Part shown: positions 15,700-26,033 of the stretch, in pieces
Numbering within the stretch: the first letter of the stretch is position 1
Layout of the letters: every line of letters starts with the position of its first letter
Assembly (NCBI GenBank): GCA_016782405.1
Contig: JADHYO010000002.1
Span: forward strand, 1-41,093
Direction: 5' to 3'
DNA from: Candidatus Aenigmatarchaeota archaeon
GTDB lineage: Archaea > Aenigmatarchaeota > Aenigmatarchaeia > QMZP01
DNA: 41,093 nucleotides
Made by a program: the position numbers and the translations under genes
The notes under the pieces: generated by a model
Seen by the model: only the letters and a program-made list of their open reading frames with translations
Database searches by the model: none
What the model was told of the DNA's origin: nothing

Positions 15700-16654
15700 T
15701 CAGCCCTCCGGCTTTGTCAGCATTATGATCATACCATTCAACAGTTCGAGCCAGCCCTTCCTTTAGAGAGACAGTTGGCTCAAATCCAGTCAACTTCCTA
15801 AGCTTGGTGATGTCAGGACATCTCCTCAATGTCCCCCCCTTGGCAGCAGGCCCTGGAACAATTTCGATTTCCTTCCCGAAACATCTTCCAACCTCCTTGG
15901 CAACCTCCTCCATGCTGATCTCGTCCATTGTCCCAATATGATAAATCCCCAGATGCTCACCCTTTTCCAAAAGCCCGACAAGAGCTTCAACAAAATCATC
16001 AATAAAAATAAACGATCTGGTCTCCTTACCTGTCCCCTGTATCTGAAACTGCTTCCCCTCCAAGCTCCTCATCCTCAGTATAAACTGGGGGATAACATGT
16101 TCCCTTCCCATATCCGGTCCATATACATTATGAGGCCTGAAAATAACAATACGGTCAAAGTGCTTCCGTCCAAAATTAATAGCCATCAACTCGCTGATGA
16201 TCTTCCCACCGCAATAGGAATACCTAGGATTAAGTGGATCAGGAACAGATAACGGAACATCCTCTGGTGTGGGTATAATTGGGGGACTCTGATACACCTC
16301 AGAGCTAGATGCAAGAATAAGCTCCTTCACCCCAGCTTTCATGCACCCGTCAATAACATTCATCATCCCTTTTACACCAACATCCAAAACAAGATCAGGC
16401 TTTGTATAGAAAAACTCAGTACCGTTCACAAAGGCAAGATGAATAACACTATCAACTCCTTTGCATGCCTTCGCAACTGCTTCGGAATTCCTAATATCAC
16501 CTTGCACAACTTCAACCTCAACATCATGCAATCTTTCCTTTGATCCCCTCAAATCATTATCAATAACCCTCACGGAATGACCATCTCTAACCAAACGCTT
16601 CACAAGAGCGCTTCCTATAAACCCAGTTCCCCCAGTTACAAGATATTTAGTCAT
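15692..16654 (-). CDS. NAD-dependent nucleotide-sugar epimerase/dehydratase (UDP-glucuronate decarboxylase-like)
   Basis: VTGGTGFIG, ASSSEVY, YCGGK, RPHNVYGP, RRCPDI. Confidence 0.88.
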   Translation of the reverse strand: MTKYLVTGGTGFIGSALVKRLVRDGHSVRVIDNDLRGSKERLHDVEVEVVQGDIRNSEAVAKACKGVDSVIHLAFVNGTEFFYTKPDLVLDVGVKGMMNVIDGCMKAGVKELILASSSEVYQSPPIIPTPEDVPLSVPDPLNPRYSYCGGKIISELMAINFGRKHFDRIVIFRPHNVYGPDMGREHVIPQFILRMRSLEGKQFQIQGTGKETRSFIFIDDFVEALVGLLEKGEHLGIYHIGTMDEISMEEVAKEVGRCFGKEIEIVPGPAAKGGTLRRCPDITKLRKLTGFEPTVSLKEGLARTVEWYDHNADKAGGLND

Positions 16655-16691
16655 ACAAAGTCATACCCTTTAATATTTTTAACAGTTTCCC

Positions 16692-17405
16692 CTATTTTCC
16701 ACGCAGTATCTTGATCCCGTGCAAAAACCACTTGAAGTATTCCCATGTCCATGCCCTAAACTTGAATGTTGATGCCCCCCCATACATGCGATTGATAGAT
16801 ATTATAGGAATCTCACCCATCCTCAATCCAACAAGCTGAGCCTTTATACTCATCTCAAAACCAACCAACCACCCCACTGGCCTGGCATCCAGCTCTATCC
16901 TCCCAAACACAGAACGCCTAAACATCTTGAAGCCAACAGTAGAATCAGTCAGCTTCGAGCCAGCAAGATGATAAAAAAGCTTGTTCGCTACGCGAGAAAA
17001 CATTCCCCCAATAAAAGATCCGCCATGAACCCTACCACCATCACTGTACCGCGTACCGCTCACAAAGTCATGCCCCTTATCCATGTGCGATATCATCTTA
17101 CCAATAGAGAAAAGTGGCCCAAAATCATCTGCCACAGTGATAAAAACATATTCCCCTTTAGCCGATTCCACTCCAGCCTTCACAGCGTTCGCAACCCCCC
17201 TCCCAAGTTTATTATGAACACACCTCACTTGTGGATACCCTTTCAACGCCTTCACAACGGGAATGCTGTCATCAACCTCATCATCATGAACAACCAAAAC
17301 CTCATGGGGAACATCAACAATAGCCTTCATCACATTCAATGTCTTTTGTAGCACTTCGCCTTCATTCCGAACAGGCATCAAAATAGTCAGCTTCGTCTTG
17401 CTCAT
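16692..17405 (-). CDS. GT2 glycosyltransferase (polyprenol-phosphate glycosyltransferase-like)
   Basis: ILMPVRNE, VHDD, VADD, FVSGTRY, DSTVGFKMFR. Confidence 0.85.
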   Translation of the reverse strand: MSKTKLTILMPVRNEGEVLQKTLNVMKAIVDVPHEVLVVHDDEVDDSIPVVKALKGYPQVRCVHNKLGRGVANAVKAGVESAKGEYVFITVADDFGPLFSIGKMISHMDKGHDFVSGTRYSDGGRVHGGSFIGGMFSRVANKLFYHLAGSKLTDSTVGFKMFRRSVFGRIELDARPVGWLVGFEMSIKAQLVGLRMGEIPIISINRMYGGASTFKFRAWTWEYFKWFLHGIKILRGK

Positions 17406-18118
17406 TTCATCCCCTCCCACAGCCTACAATCCATTGAACTATCCCTTGCCAACGGAGCCGGCGACTGGCGCAAAACATCCTCAAATGTGCAAGCTTTTAG
17501 AGAGTGTTTGTGCTCCTTATACACATCAAAATCAGATCTCCTCTCCCCGCCGATATTAACAGTCCCCACAAAATCATTATGAACCATTTTTACAATAGCC
17601 TCCACAATCTGGTGAATTGTGATCTGAGAGGAATATTTATCTGTAGCAGAATCCTCAAATCTTATGTCACTGGGGTCAAAAAAACTAGTCCTAATAACGC
17701 AGTGATTGGTAAGCAATTTCACAGCGCTTTCAGCCCCCAACTTTGTCCAACCATACACATTATAAGGCCTGGTCTCATCCGTTTCCGAATAGTTGCCCCT
17801 TGTCCCAGGATACACCCCATCTGTTGAAATGTGAACAAACCTTGCCTCAGTACCAAGAACACCCATCACAAGATTTCCAGTCCCCATCACATTTGTCCTA
17901 AAGGCATTCCCAGGATCAGCCTCACACTCACCCATCCGCGCCAATGCAGCACAATGAACAATAGCATCAAACTCGTGTTCAGATAAGAACGACTTAACAC
18001 TTTCTGGTTTTGTGATATCCATCTCATCCCTTTTCGGGGCAACCAATCCTGGCAAGCCGCCTGAAGAAATTATAGCCTTTCCAAGCTTTCCAGTCCCACC
18101 AGTCAATAATATGCTCAT
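17402..18118 (-). CDS. RmlD-like NDP-4-keto-sugar reductase (SDR)
   Basis: LTGGTGKLG, VHCAA, HISTDGVY, NVYGWTKLGAE. Confidence 0.85.
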   Translation of the reverse strand: MSILLTGGTGKLGKAIISSGGLPGLVAPKRDEMDITKPESVKSFLSEHEFDAIVHCAALARMGECEADPGNAFRTNVMGTGNLVMGVLGTEARFVHISTDGVYPGTRGNYSETDETRPYNVYGWTKLGAESAVKLLTNHCVIRTSFFDPSDIRFEDSATDKYSSQITIHQIVEAIVKMVHNDFVGTVNIGGERRSDFDVYKEHKHSLKACTFEDVLRQSPAPLARDSSMDCRLWEGMK

Positions 18119-18186
18119 TCCACTCACTCTCTGTGCTTATCTTCAAAAAATGATTATAAAATATAAAAAGCAGTTGGTAGCAAGCA

Positions 18187-19380
18187 CTAGGTTTTATTCC
18201 CGGACTTTATCACACCCCAAAGGTCCACAACCTCAGTCCCTTCAGGTATATCAAGATCCCTATAGGCTGAATGAGGAACCCCAACAACAACAACATCACT
18301 TTCCTTGACAAGTTCCTCCTTTGAAACAAAATCCGGATTCTTCGCGTGTTCATCAGAGTAATACACCTTCGCCCCATGGAACCGCAGTATCTTTCCAATC
18401 TTGAATGAAAGTGAATCCCTCACATCATCTATATTTGCCTTGAAACTCATCCCCAGAATACCCACCTTAGTCTTGCTCAGATCATACTGTTTCCTAAGAT
18501 TTTCAACCACAAAATTCGGCAGGCCCTCATTAATCATCATTGCCGCATGACCTAGCATGAAATTGTTGCTGTTGAATGCTGCCAGCTGCATTGTGTCCTT
18601 CAAGAGGCATGGACCAGCAGCAAAACCAGACTTGGGAAGAGTGTGAGCTCGCTCATAACCGTCCCTCATGGCGCGCCTAATTTTATCATAATCAGCTCCG
18701 AAGTTATGTGCAATCATGTAGAACTGGTTGGCAATCGCAAACTGTATATATCTCCAAGCATTTGCGAACAGCTTGATAAGCTCTGCCTCCCTCATGGTAG
18801 TCTTTATTATCTTGGGCGAAATAACACTGAACAGCCCGGACGCCTCCTCAATAGCCTTATCACTCAGGCCGGCAATAATCTGCGGAAGCTCGTTCAACTC
18901 CTTCACAGCATACCCCTGCACAATCCTTTCAGCACAATAAGCTATATGCCACTCCCCATCACCCAACAGCTTAAGCACCTGCCCACATGTGTTGGGATAT
19001 ACAGTACTGCGTATGATTATAATGTGCTCCGGTGTAATGTGTTTCTTCAACTCAGCAAAAAATTCAAGGAACTGGCGCGTCTTTGGGTTAAGATATTCAT
19101 CAACAGGGGTTCCAATAGCAACAATCACAAACTTAGCCTTTGAAACATCGTTAATATCATGCGAAACAGCAAGCTTCCCTTCATCAAGCACCTTCTTGAG
19201 GACGGGTTCAGCCCCATACTCTATAAATGGCATCTCACCCCTCATCACCATCTCACCTTTCTCTTTGTCAGTGTCATACAAACATACCTTCTTACCCTTA
19301 TCAGCAAAAACAATTCCAAGTGGGAGGCCTACATGACCTAACCCACCAACAATCACAATATCATAAACCATGCTGTCCAT
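18187..19380 (-). CDS. Nucleotide-sugar dehydrogenase (UDP-glucose/GDP-mannose/UDP-ManNAc dehydrogenase family)
   Basis: GGLGHVGLP, IGTP, RSTVYP, AELIKL, GPCLLKD, GMSFKANIDDVRDS. Confidence 0.9.
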   Translation of the reverse strand: MDSMVYDIVIVGGLGHVGLPLGIVFADKGKKVCLYDTDKEKGEMVMRGEMPFIEYGAEPVLKKVLDEGKLAVSHDINDVSKAKFVIVAIGTPVDEYLNPKTRQFLEFFAELKKHITPEHIIIIRSTVYPNTCGQVLKLLGDGEWHIAYCAERIVQGYAVKELNELPQIIAGLSDKAIEEASGLFSVISPKIIKTTMREAELIKLFANAWRYIQFAIANQFYMIAHNFGADYDKIRRAMRDGYERAHTLPKSGFAAGPCLLKDTMQLAAFNSNNFMLGHAAMMINEGLPNFVVENLRKQYDLSKTKVGILGMSFKANIDDVRDSLSFKIGKILRFHGAKVYYSDEHAKNPDFVSKEELVKESDVVVVGVPHSAYRDLDIPEGTEVVDLWGVIKSGNKT

Positions 19381-19531
19381 ATAACCACCTATATAATCAC
19401 CGGATTAATTTTAAATACAAAGCCCCAAGTCAGGGTTCATTCCCCTTCCCGCTCCTCAAATAACCCAGCTTCCATAATCAACCTAAGAGGAAGACAATTT
19501 AAAACTTAAGATTGTTCCACTATAATCTATT

Positions 19532-20479
19532 ATGCGCATCTCAAAGCTGCTGCCGCTAATAGGAATCGCAATATTCATCTACTTACTGCTTAACATAGAC
19601 CTCCCAAAGGTCGCTGATATTCTCCTAAGGACAAGCATACTATTTTTCAGCGTTGCAATTGTAATCACACTGGTAGACATAGTACTGAAAGCGTTCAAGT
19701 GGCAGCTGATATTCAATTCCTACAGCATCCCAGTCAAATTTTCCCGCTTCCTCAGCTCCTGGATTGTAGGACTCTCCCTTAGCATGATTACCCCAGGGAA
19801 GGTGGGAGACTTTGCAAAAGCCTACTACCTCAGGGATAAAGCCCCTCTAGGCAAGGGCCTAACCACAGTCATGGCAGACCGCATAATAGACCTGCTCACA
19901 CTTTTCGTATTAGCTATCATAGGACTCTCAATCTTTGCTACAATGTACACCCAGGACAATGCCCTCCTAATAACAACATATGCACTGTTCGCCGCATTTG
20001 TCCTTGTCATAATAATATTCTCCAAAAAGAGCATAGCCTCTGCAATACTTCGGCCATTCTACCGCCGCCTTGTCCCGGAGAAAAAGAAAGAAAAACTAAA
20101 GTCAATCTATAATGATTTTTACGCAGGCATAGGACTAATCCTTGGGAAGAAAAAACTGCTTACAGTAGTAGTACTAATAACATTCCTAATATGGTTCGGA
20201 ACAATCATGGTAATCTATTTCATCTCCCTTTCTTTAGGGTTTGAAATACCATTACATTTCCTTCTGATAGTCATCCCAATCATAACACTGCTAGAGGCCC
20301 TGCCAATCTCTTTCTCTGGAGTCGGAACTAGAGACGCAACCATGATTTTCTTCTTTGGTTTCATTGGAATAAGTGCAGAGGCCTCTGTTTCCATATCACT
20401 ACTCTACTTGCTGACAAGTTATATTTTTGTCTTTATTGGTTTCCTGATATGGTACAAAAACCCTATCCAGCGCAGCTAA
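19532..20479 (+). CDS. Lysylphosphatidylglycerol synthase TM / UPF0104 flippase-like membrane protein
   Basis: Multi-TM; KAFKW, TPGKVGDFAK, DRIIDL, LPISFSGVGTRD. Confidence 0.85.
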   Translation: MRISKLLPLIGIAIFIYLLLNIDLPKVADILLRTSILFFSVAIVITLVDIVLKAFKWQLIFNSYSIPVKFSRFLSSWIVGLSLSMITPGKVGDFAKAYYLRDKAPLGKGLTTVMADRIIDLLTLFVLAIIGLSIFATMYTQDNALLITTYALFAAFVLVIIIFSKKSIASAILRPFYRRLVPEKKKEKLKSIYNDFYAGIGLILGKKKLLTVVVLITFLIWFGTIMVIYFISLSLGFEIPLHFLLIVIPIITLLEALPISFSGVGTRDATMIFFFGFIGISAEASVSISLLYLLTSYIFVFIGFLIWYKNPIQRS

Positions 20480-20829
20480 TCTTTGAGCTCAAGCTCGCTG
20501 TCCTGTACATATTCCAATCCACGCTTAAGCGCCAGATAAGCCTTCTCAAGCTCAACCCCCATGTCAGCTGCGTGATCCAGCCTGGAAATCATCCCCTCTT
20601 TAATTAGTGTGAAGTATATCTCTATTGGGTGCTTCCCAGTAATCTTGGCCCTGAGTTTGTGATCATTTGTACAAAAACCAACCTCAATGGTTCCATCCTG
20701 GTGGTTCACCCTGATAAGAAAATAACCATTTGGATCAAGGACCCATTCACCGCGCTCAGCCTGAAACTCCTTCATCCCTTCTGCCACAGAAATGTCCCAC
20801 CATTTTCCAGCTATCTTTTCCTCTCCCAT
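20476..20829 (-). CDS. DUF4346 domain protein
   Basis: LDPNGYFLI, ISRLDHAADMGVELEKA, YVQD. Confidence 0.75.
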   Translation of the reverse strand: MGEEKIAGKWWDISVAEGMKEFQAERGEWVLDPNGYFLIRVNHQDGTIEVGFCTNDHKLRAKITGKHPIEIYFTLIKEGMISRLDHAADMGVELEKAYLALKRGLEYVQDSELELKD

Positions 20830-20920
20830 GAGAATCCCTTAGTATGATACAACCTGTTATATTTATATGCTTTGCCCCAAACCCGGCAATTCTTTATAAG
20901 CTGGAACAAATACTAAAACC

Positions 20921-21853
20921 ATGAAGCTAGTCATTACCATCCCCGCTTACAATGAGGAAGAAACAATAGGCAAAGTCATTGACGAAATCCCGAAGAAAAT
21001 CAAGGGAATCAAAAAAATCCGTGTGCTGGTCATTGACGACGGATCCTCAGACAGTACAGCAAGTGTTGCAAAAAAGAAGGGGGCCACAGTCCTTCGTAAT
21101 AAGAAGAACCTTGGCCTCGCCACAACATTCAAGCGTGGCCTTGAAAAAGCCCTGGACATGGGAGCAGATATAATTGTTAATACAGATGCAGATCTCCAGT
21201 ACAACCAACAACAAATCCCCGCTCTGGTAGCCCCTGTTCTTGCCGGCGAAGCTGACCTGGTTTTAGGCTCCCGCTTCCGTGGCAGTATTGAGTATATGCC
21301 TCTCCAGAAAAAATGGGGCAACCGCCTAAGCAGTTGGATAGTAAGAAGGGTCTCAGGTCTCCCAATATCAGATGCACAAACAGGCTTCCGAGCATTTTCC
21401 AGGGAAGCAGCCTTGCGGATGAACATCCAGTCCACATACACATATACCCAAGAAACCATCCTCCAGGCAGCAGCAGCAAATTTGGTAGTAAAAGAAATCC
21501 CAATTGAATTCCGAAAACGCGAGGGAAGTTCCCGCCTAATTTCAGGCATTTTAAACTACGCAGCCCGCGCTGGAGCAACCCTCGTAATAGGATATCTAAA
21601 TCACAAACCGCTTCGCGTTTTTCTTGGCGTTGGCGGACTTTTCTTCCTGGCAGGCTTTATCCTTGGCATGAAAGTCCTCCTTCACTTTATTGCAACTGGT
21701 CTGGTCTCCCCATTCATCCCTACAGCAATACTAACAGCCATACTCCTCATCTTCGGCTTCCAAATAATCATGATAGGACTACTTGCAGAGATGATAAAAA
21801 ACAAGAGAAGCATTGAGGAAGAAATCTTATACAGGATGAAAGCAGGCAAGTAA
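20921..21853 (+). CDS. GT2 glycosyltransferase with two C-terminal TM helices (DPM1/AglJ-like)
   Basis: IPAYNEE, IDDGSSD, DADLQY, GSRF, DAQTGFRAF. Confidence 0.92.
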   Translation: MKLVITIPAYNEEETIGKVIDEIPKKIKGIKKIRVLVIDDGSSDSTASVAKKKGATVLRNKKNLGLATTFKRGLEKALDMGADIIVNTDADLQYNQQQIPALVAPVLAGEADLVLGSRFRGSIEYMPLQKKWGNRLSSWIVRRVSGLPISDAQTGFRAFSREAALRMNIQSTYTYTQETILQAAAANLVVKEIPIEFRKREGSSRLISGILNYAARAGATLVIGYLNHKPLRVFLGVGGLFFLAGFILGMKVLLHFIATGLVSPFIPTAILTAILLIFGFQIIMIGLLAEMIKNKRSIEEEILYRMKAGK

Positions 21854-21948
21854 ACAGTTTAATCAGTGAAACCCCTTGGGGGAACCATTTTATATTCATT
21901 GCAACCAGAAAACACTATGCACACTTCAGTCGCAAAGAGGATTTGGTC

Positions 21949-23391
21949 ATGAAGCTTGAAAAAATAACAAACCGCCCAGAAGAAATAGTAATTATTTCAG
22001 TTATAATTTTCATCCTCATCTACACGTTCACATTCCCTTCATACTTTGCTTCTGTTGATGAGCACGAATACATCAGAAACGCGTTCCTCCTGCAGAAAGG
22101 AACCCTCACAGAACCAGAACCAACAAATGTGTGCACAGGTCGTTTCAATGGCGAAGGTTGGGTATCCCAATATTTTATCGGGCGCTCAATATTCCTCATC
22201 CCATTTACCTGGCTCGGTTTTGGTGTAGTGATGCTCTCTGGCCTCATTATACACCTGCTTAATCTCCTGCTTGTGTACAAAATATTCCCAAGACTTGGTC
22301 ATTCCCCACTATATTCACTCCTTTACCTGCTCTTCCCTGCGTTTCTATGGGAAGCAAGAACACTGAACAGCGAGCTTCTGGTCTTGACAGCGATCCTTGC
22401 AGGTGTATATTTTTATCTTTCTAACAAACCCCGTTCCTTGGCCATTTCAGGCTTGTTTTTCACACTTGCTCTCCTGGTGAGGCAGGAAGCTGCCCTCATA
22501 GCAGCAGTATTTCTCTTAATCCCACTTATTCAGGATAGAAAGAAGTTCCTCTTCATGCTCCTTGGTGTTATCCCAGCAGCAGTCCTGCTTCTAGGAGTAA
22601 ACCAGCTCTTTTATGGCGGTCTTGTCTCATCAGGCTACGGAAACCCGCTACTGTTTGCTCTAAACATTGGCACAAAGGATATTTTCCTCCTCAATATCGG
22701 AAAGTTCATCATACTGTTGGCAGTGGCCTATCCCCTGATGATTTTATCACCATTTGTCACAAAGAGTCCAATAAGAAAAGAGGTCATCCTCTCCACAGCT
22801 GCGTATATCATATTCTATGCCCAGAACGCCTCTGTGTGGATATACCCATTCCTCCACCCCACTGCTGTAACTGGTCAGTTGCGCTACCTCATTCCTGTTA
22901 TAGGACTCCTCATCCTCACATATCCCCCGCTATTTGAGCGTGCCCTCAACAAGATCCGATTGCCCCCAAAGGCAGTTCTCCTCTCCCTGGCAGGAGTGTT
23001 ATTCCTGGCAGCCATTGTAGCATCCTCCATTCACGCCTCATTCCTGGATGGGAGATACGCAACATTCCAGGCAATCCACGAAAACACAGAACCCAACTCC
23101 CTGTTGATAGGCAGCTCTGATGACTGCAACTACGTATTGAACAATCTCTTTGACAGAAGAGCATACCTTGACGTGGGTAACGAGCAAATAAACAGCTTTC
23201 TCAGCCAATATGAAAACATCTATGTGCTTGACATCAGCTACACAACAGTTGATTACTCCTCTTCAAGAGGCCAGCTCATCTCCAAAGAGCGCGCACAAAT
23301 CAGCGACTTCCTGGAATTCCATAAGGATGAGCTTGAACTGGTATTCGAATCAGAAGAGCCCAACCATGTGAGAATATACCGCTTCACCTGA
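21949..23391 (+). CDS. GT-C fold membrane glycosyltransferase (PMT/ArnT-like)
   Basis: DE motif after first TM (VDEHEY), about 11-13 hydrophobic segments, RYLIP, soluble C-terminal domain. Confidence 0.7.
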   Translation: MKLEKITNRPEEIVIISVIIFILIYTFTFPSYFASVDEHEYIRNAFLLQKGTLTEPEPTNVCTGRFNGEGWVSQYFIGRSIFLIPFTWLGFGVVMLSGLIIHLLNLLLVYKIFPRLGHSPLYSLLYLLFPAFLWEARTLNSELLVLTAILAGVYFYLSNKPRSLAISGLFFTLALLVRQEAALIAAVFLLIPLIQDRKKFLFMLLGVIPAAVLLLGVNQLFYGGLVSSGYGNPLLFALNIGTKDIFLLNIGKFIILLAVAYPLMILSPFVTKSPIRKEVILSTAAYIIFYAQNASVWIYPFLHPTAVTGQLRYLIPVIGLLILTYPPLFERALNKIRLPPKAVLLSLAGVLFLAAIVASSIHASFLDGRYATFQAIHENTEPNSLLIGSSDDCNYVLNNLFDRRAYLDVGNEQINSFLSQYENIYVLDISYTTVDYSSSRGQLISKERAQISDFLEFHKDELELVFESEEPNHVRIYRFT

Positions 23392-23457
23392 AACTTTTTT
23401 AGTGTTTAACGAGTTTAGAAAAGAAGCATTTATAAAATTGAATATTATAGAAATCCT

Positions 23458-24897
23458 ATGGAACCCCCCATCAAAGTGGCCTTCCTAAGCCTTGTCAAGG
23501 AAAAAACAATATACCTCCTGGGAAATGTCACACTTGCAACCCACCTGAGGGAAAAGACTGGAGCAGAGGTCAGGATTATTGATGCAAACTGGGAAGATGT
23601 GCTGGAATCTATAAAGGAATACAAACCAGACATAGTCTGCCTCTCTGCCATCTCCCTTTCCTACCCAGAAGCAGTCTCCACTGCAGAAAAAATAAAGGAA
23701 TTTTCAGATGCAATAACCGTTATCGGTGGAATCCACATCTCAACATTCCCAAAATCACTCAAGAAATGCTTTGATGTCGGTGTGGTCGGAGAGGCAGAAA
23801 AAACATTCGAGGAACTGGTGAACATCTGCACCAAGAATAATCAATTTTCCACCAAGCTTCTAAAAGAGTTGAAAGGAACAATCTACCACAGCATCGAGGG
23901 AAAATTAATCATAAACAAGAAGCGTGAACTAATTGAGAACCTTGACGAAATACCTGTTCCTGACCTAGGACTCCTTGACCCACGTTACTTCAGTAAGCGG
24001 GACCTCCACACATTCAAGGGTCGCTCGGGCGTCCAGGCATCACTAGTCTCATCAAGGGGCTGCGCTTTCCAATGCGCCTTCTGCGCTTCCCCAATTTTCT
24101 GGGAAAAGAGAATGCGCTCCTTCTCTGTCCCTCGGGTAGTGAAGGAAATCAAGGAATATCATGATCGTTTTGGGGTGGACCATATCCAGGCATATGACGA
24201 TATATTCCCAATAACCAAGAAGCGGATGCTCGAGTTGATCGATGAAATGGAACGCCAGGGAATACTTGGAAAAATAAGGTTTGCAATCCAGACCAGGGTC
24301 CATATGATTGATGAGGAATTTTGTGGGATATTGAAGCGCCTGGGAGTTGAAACAATAAGCTTTGGGTTCGAGAGTGGCAGTGAAAGAATGCTCCGCCTGC
24401 TGAAAACTGGCCCAACATCAGTGGAGCGCGGTAGACAGTCAGCATCCCTCTGCAAGAAGTGGGGATTCAGTGTTTATGGTAGTTTCATCATCGGGAACCC
24501 TGAAGAAAAGCTGGAGGATATCCAGCAGACCTTCAGTTTCATCAAGAAGCTATCTGAAATGGGCGTTGATGGTATTGACTGTTTTATCTCTTCCCCATTC
24601 CCAGGAACCCCCCATTGGAAATATGCAGTGGATAATGGTCTAATCAAACATGACTACGATACCAACCCCCCAGACTTCTATTCACCTGAAAACGCCTACC
24701 TCTCAGACAAGACCATACCAAGGGAGCAACTGACAGGGATATACAACGAAATTATGGCATACCTTTCTGCACGCAGCCAGCGACGCTCAATAAAATCCAT
24801 TCTCCTCTACCCAAAAGAACCCCGGAAAAAAACACTGAAAAGAGCAGCAGCAAATCCACGCGAGACCCTAAGAAGGATAATCTACCATATGAAGTGA
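23458..24897 (+). CDS. B12-binding domain radical SAM protein
   Basis: GGIHIS, VVGEAE, SRGCAFQCAFC, GFESGS, FIIGNPEE, PFPGT. Confidence 0.92.
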   Translation: MEPPIKVAFLSLVKEKTIYLLGNVTLATHLREKTGAEVRIIDANWEDVLESIKEYKPDIVCLSAISLSYPEAVSTAEKIKEFSDAITVIGGIHISTFPKSLKKCFDVGVVGEAEKTFEELVNICTKNNQFSTKLLKELKGTIYHSIEGKLIINKKRELIENLDEIPVPDLGLLDPRYFSKRDLHTFKGRSGVQASLVSSRGCAFQCAFCASPIFWEKRMRSFSVPRVVKEIKEYHDRFGVDHIQAYDDIFPITKKRMLELIDEMERQGILGKIRFAIQTRVHMIDEEFCGILKRLGVETISFGFESGSERMLRLLKTGPTSVERGRQSASLCKKWGFSVYGSFIIGNPEEKLEDIQQTFSFIKKLSEMGVDGIDCFISSPFPGTPHWKYAVDNGLIKHDYDTNPPDFYSPENAYLSDKTIPREQLTGIYNEIMAYLSARSQRRSIKSILLYPKEPRKKTLKRAAANPRETLRRIIYHMK

Positions 24898-24943
24898 TTC
24901 CGGGAAACGAATTTAAAAACCAGCCACAAGCATCACTGATGTT

Positions 24944-25924
24944 ATGAAAATACTACTCACAAACCAGCAAACCAGTTCAGTGAAGGGTGGAACTGAAATA
25001 TTCAGTTCTCACTTAAAAAAAGCGTTCCCTGACCTTGAAATCATTGACACCAGGCCTTTCAGGCAACCAAAACCATCCCCAATTTTCAAGGAGCCAATCC
25101 TTGCCAAGCGCCTGGGCAATCACATCCTCGAATCCGGCCTGGCCCCAGAAGCAATCTTCACCAACGGAATGTTCAGCTGGAACCTGAAAACGTCTGCCCC
25201 TGTGATAAACATCCAGCACGGAACCTTAGCAGCATTTTCTGAGGCAGCGCTCCCCAAAACATCGCTGGCATACTGGCGAACCCGCTATGTTTATGCCCGC
25301 TACGAGAAGCGCGCAGCCCAAAACGCCAGCTTAGTGACTTCAAATTCACATTTCACTGCTGCCAATGTCCGGCGCCACTACAACTGCAACAGCACAGTAA
25401 TCCACAACGCAATCAATACTGATCTCATCCGCCCTATCCCAAAGAAACGGGCAAGGAAGCCCCTTTCCCTCGAAGGCCATGTTGGGATATTTGTGGGTCG
25501 CCCTGATCAAACTAAGGGCTTTGACGTTGTGCAGTCACTGGCCCGTAGCCTCCCGGAAACCACATTCCTCTGTGTATTCCCCTTCCCCTATCCAGAACAA
25601 CTACCCAACATCAGGGTATTATCAAACATTGAGCCCAAGAACATTGGAACCCTATATTCAGCAGCTGACTTCTGTGTAAACCCCTCCCGCTTCGATGGTT
25701 TTGGCTACGCCCCAATCGAAGCCTTAGCCTGCAATACCCCTGTTATTGCCAGCAATGTGGGGGTGTTCAAAGACATGGAGATAGAAGGCAGTTGGATAGC
25801 AAATACCCCACAAGACTATCCCAAACTTATCAAAAACCTCCCAGAAAAAATAACGTCCCGTCCCTTCATAAGGAAAACATTCCCCCTAAAAAAATTCATT
25901 AAAAATTACAGGAACATGATCTAG
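24944..25924 (+). CDS. GT4 glycosyltransferase
   Basis: GGTE, FVGR...KG, PSRFDGFGYAPIEALACNTPVI. Confidence 0.9.
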   Translation: MKILLTNQQTSSVKGGTEIFSSHLKKAFPDLEIIDTRPFRQPKPSPIFKEPILAKRLGNHILESGLAPEAIFTNGMFSWNLKTSAPVINIQHGTLAAFSEAALPKTSLAYWRTRYVYARYEKRAAQNASLVTSNSHFTAANVRRHYNCNSTVIHNAINTDLIRPIPKKRARKPLSLEGHVGIFVGRPDQTKGFDVVQSLARSLPETTFLCVFPFPYPEQLPNIRVLSNIEPKNIGTLYSAADFCVNPSRFDGFGYAPIEALACNTPVIASNVGVFKDMEIEGSWIANTPQDYPKLIKNLPEKITSRPFIRKTFPLKKFIKNYRNMI

Positions 25925-26033
25925 CAACCAACACATCAACAATAAACAAGAACAGGAAGTACCTTTTTATATATAACCTTCATAGTATTATGAAAAAACA
26001 GAGCCCCATCATCAGTAAAAGGGTGATTAGATT

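Noticed and set aside
20947-21549. Long antisense ORFs (this 200-aa one and others such as 18643-19143, 35615-36076, 25980-26396)
   Set aside because: They shadow well-supported genes on the opposite strand and have no recognisable motifs
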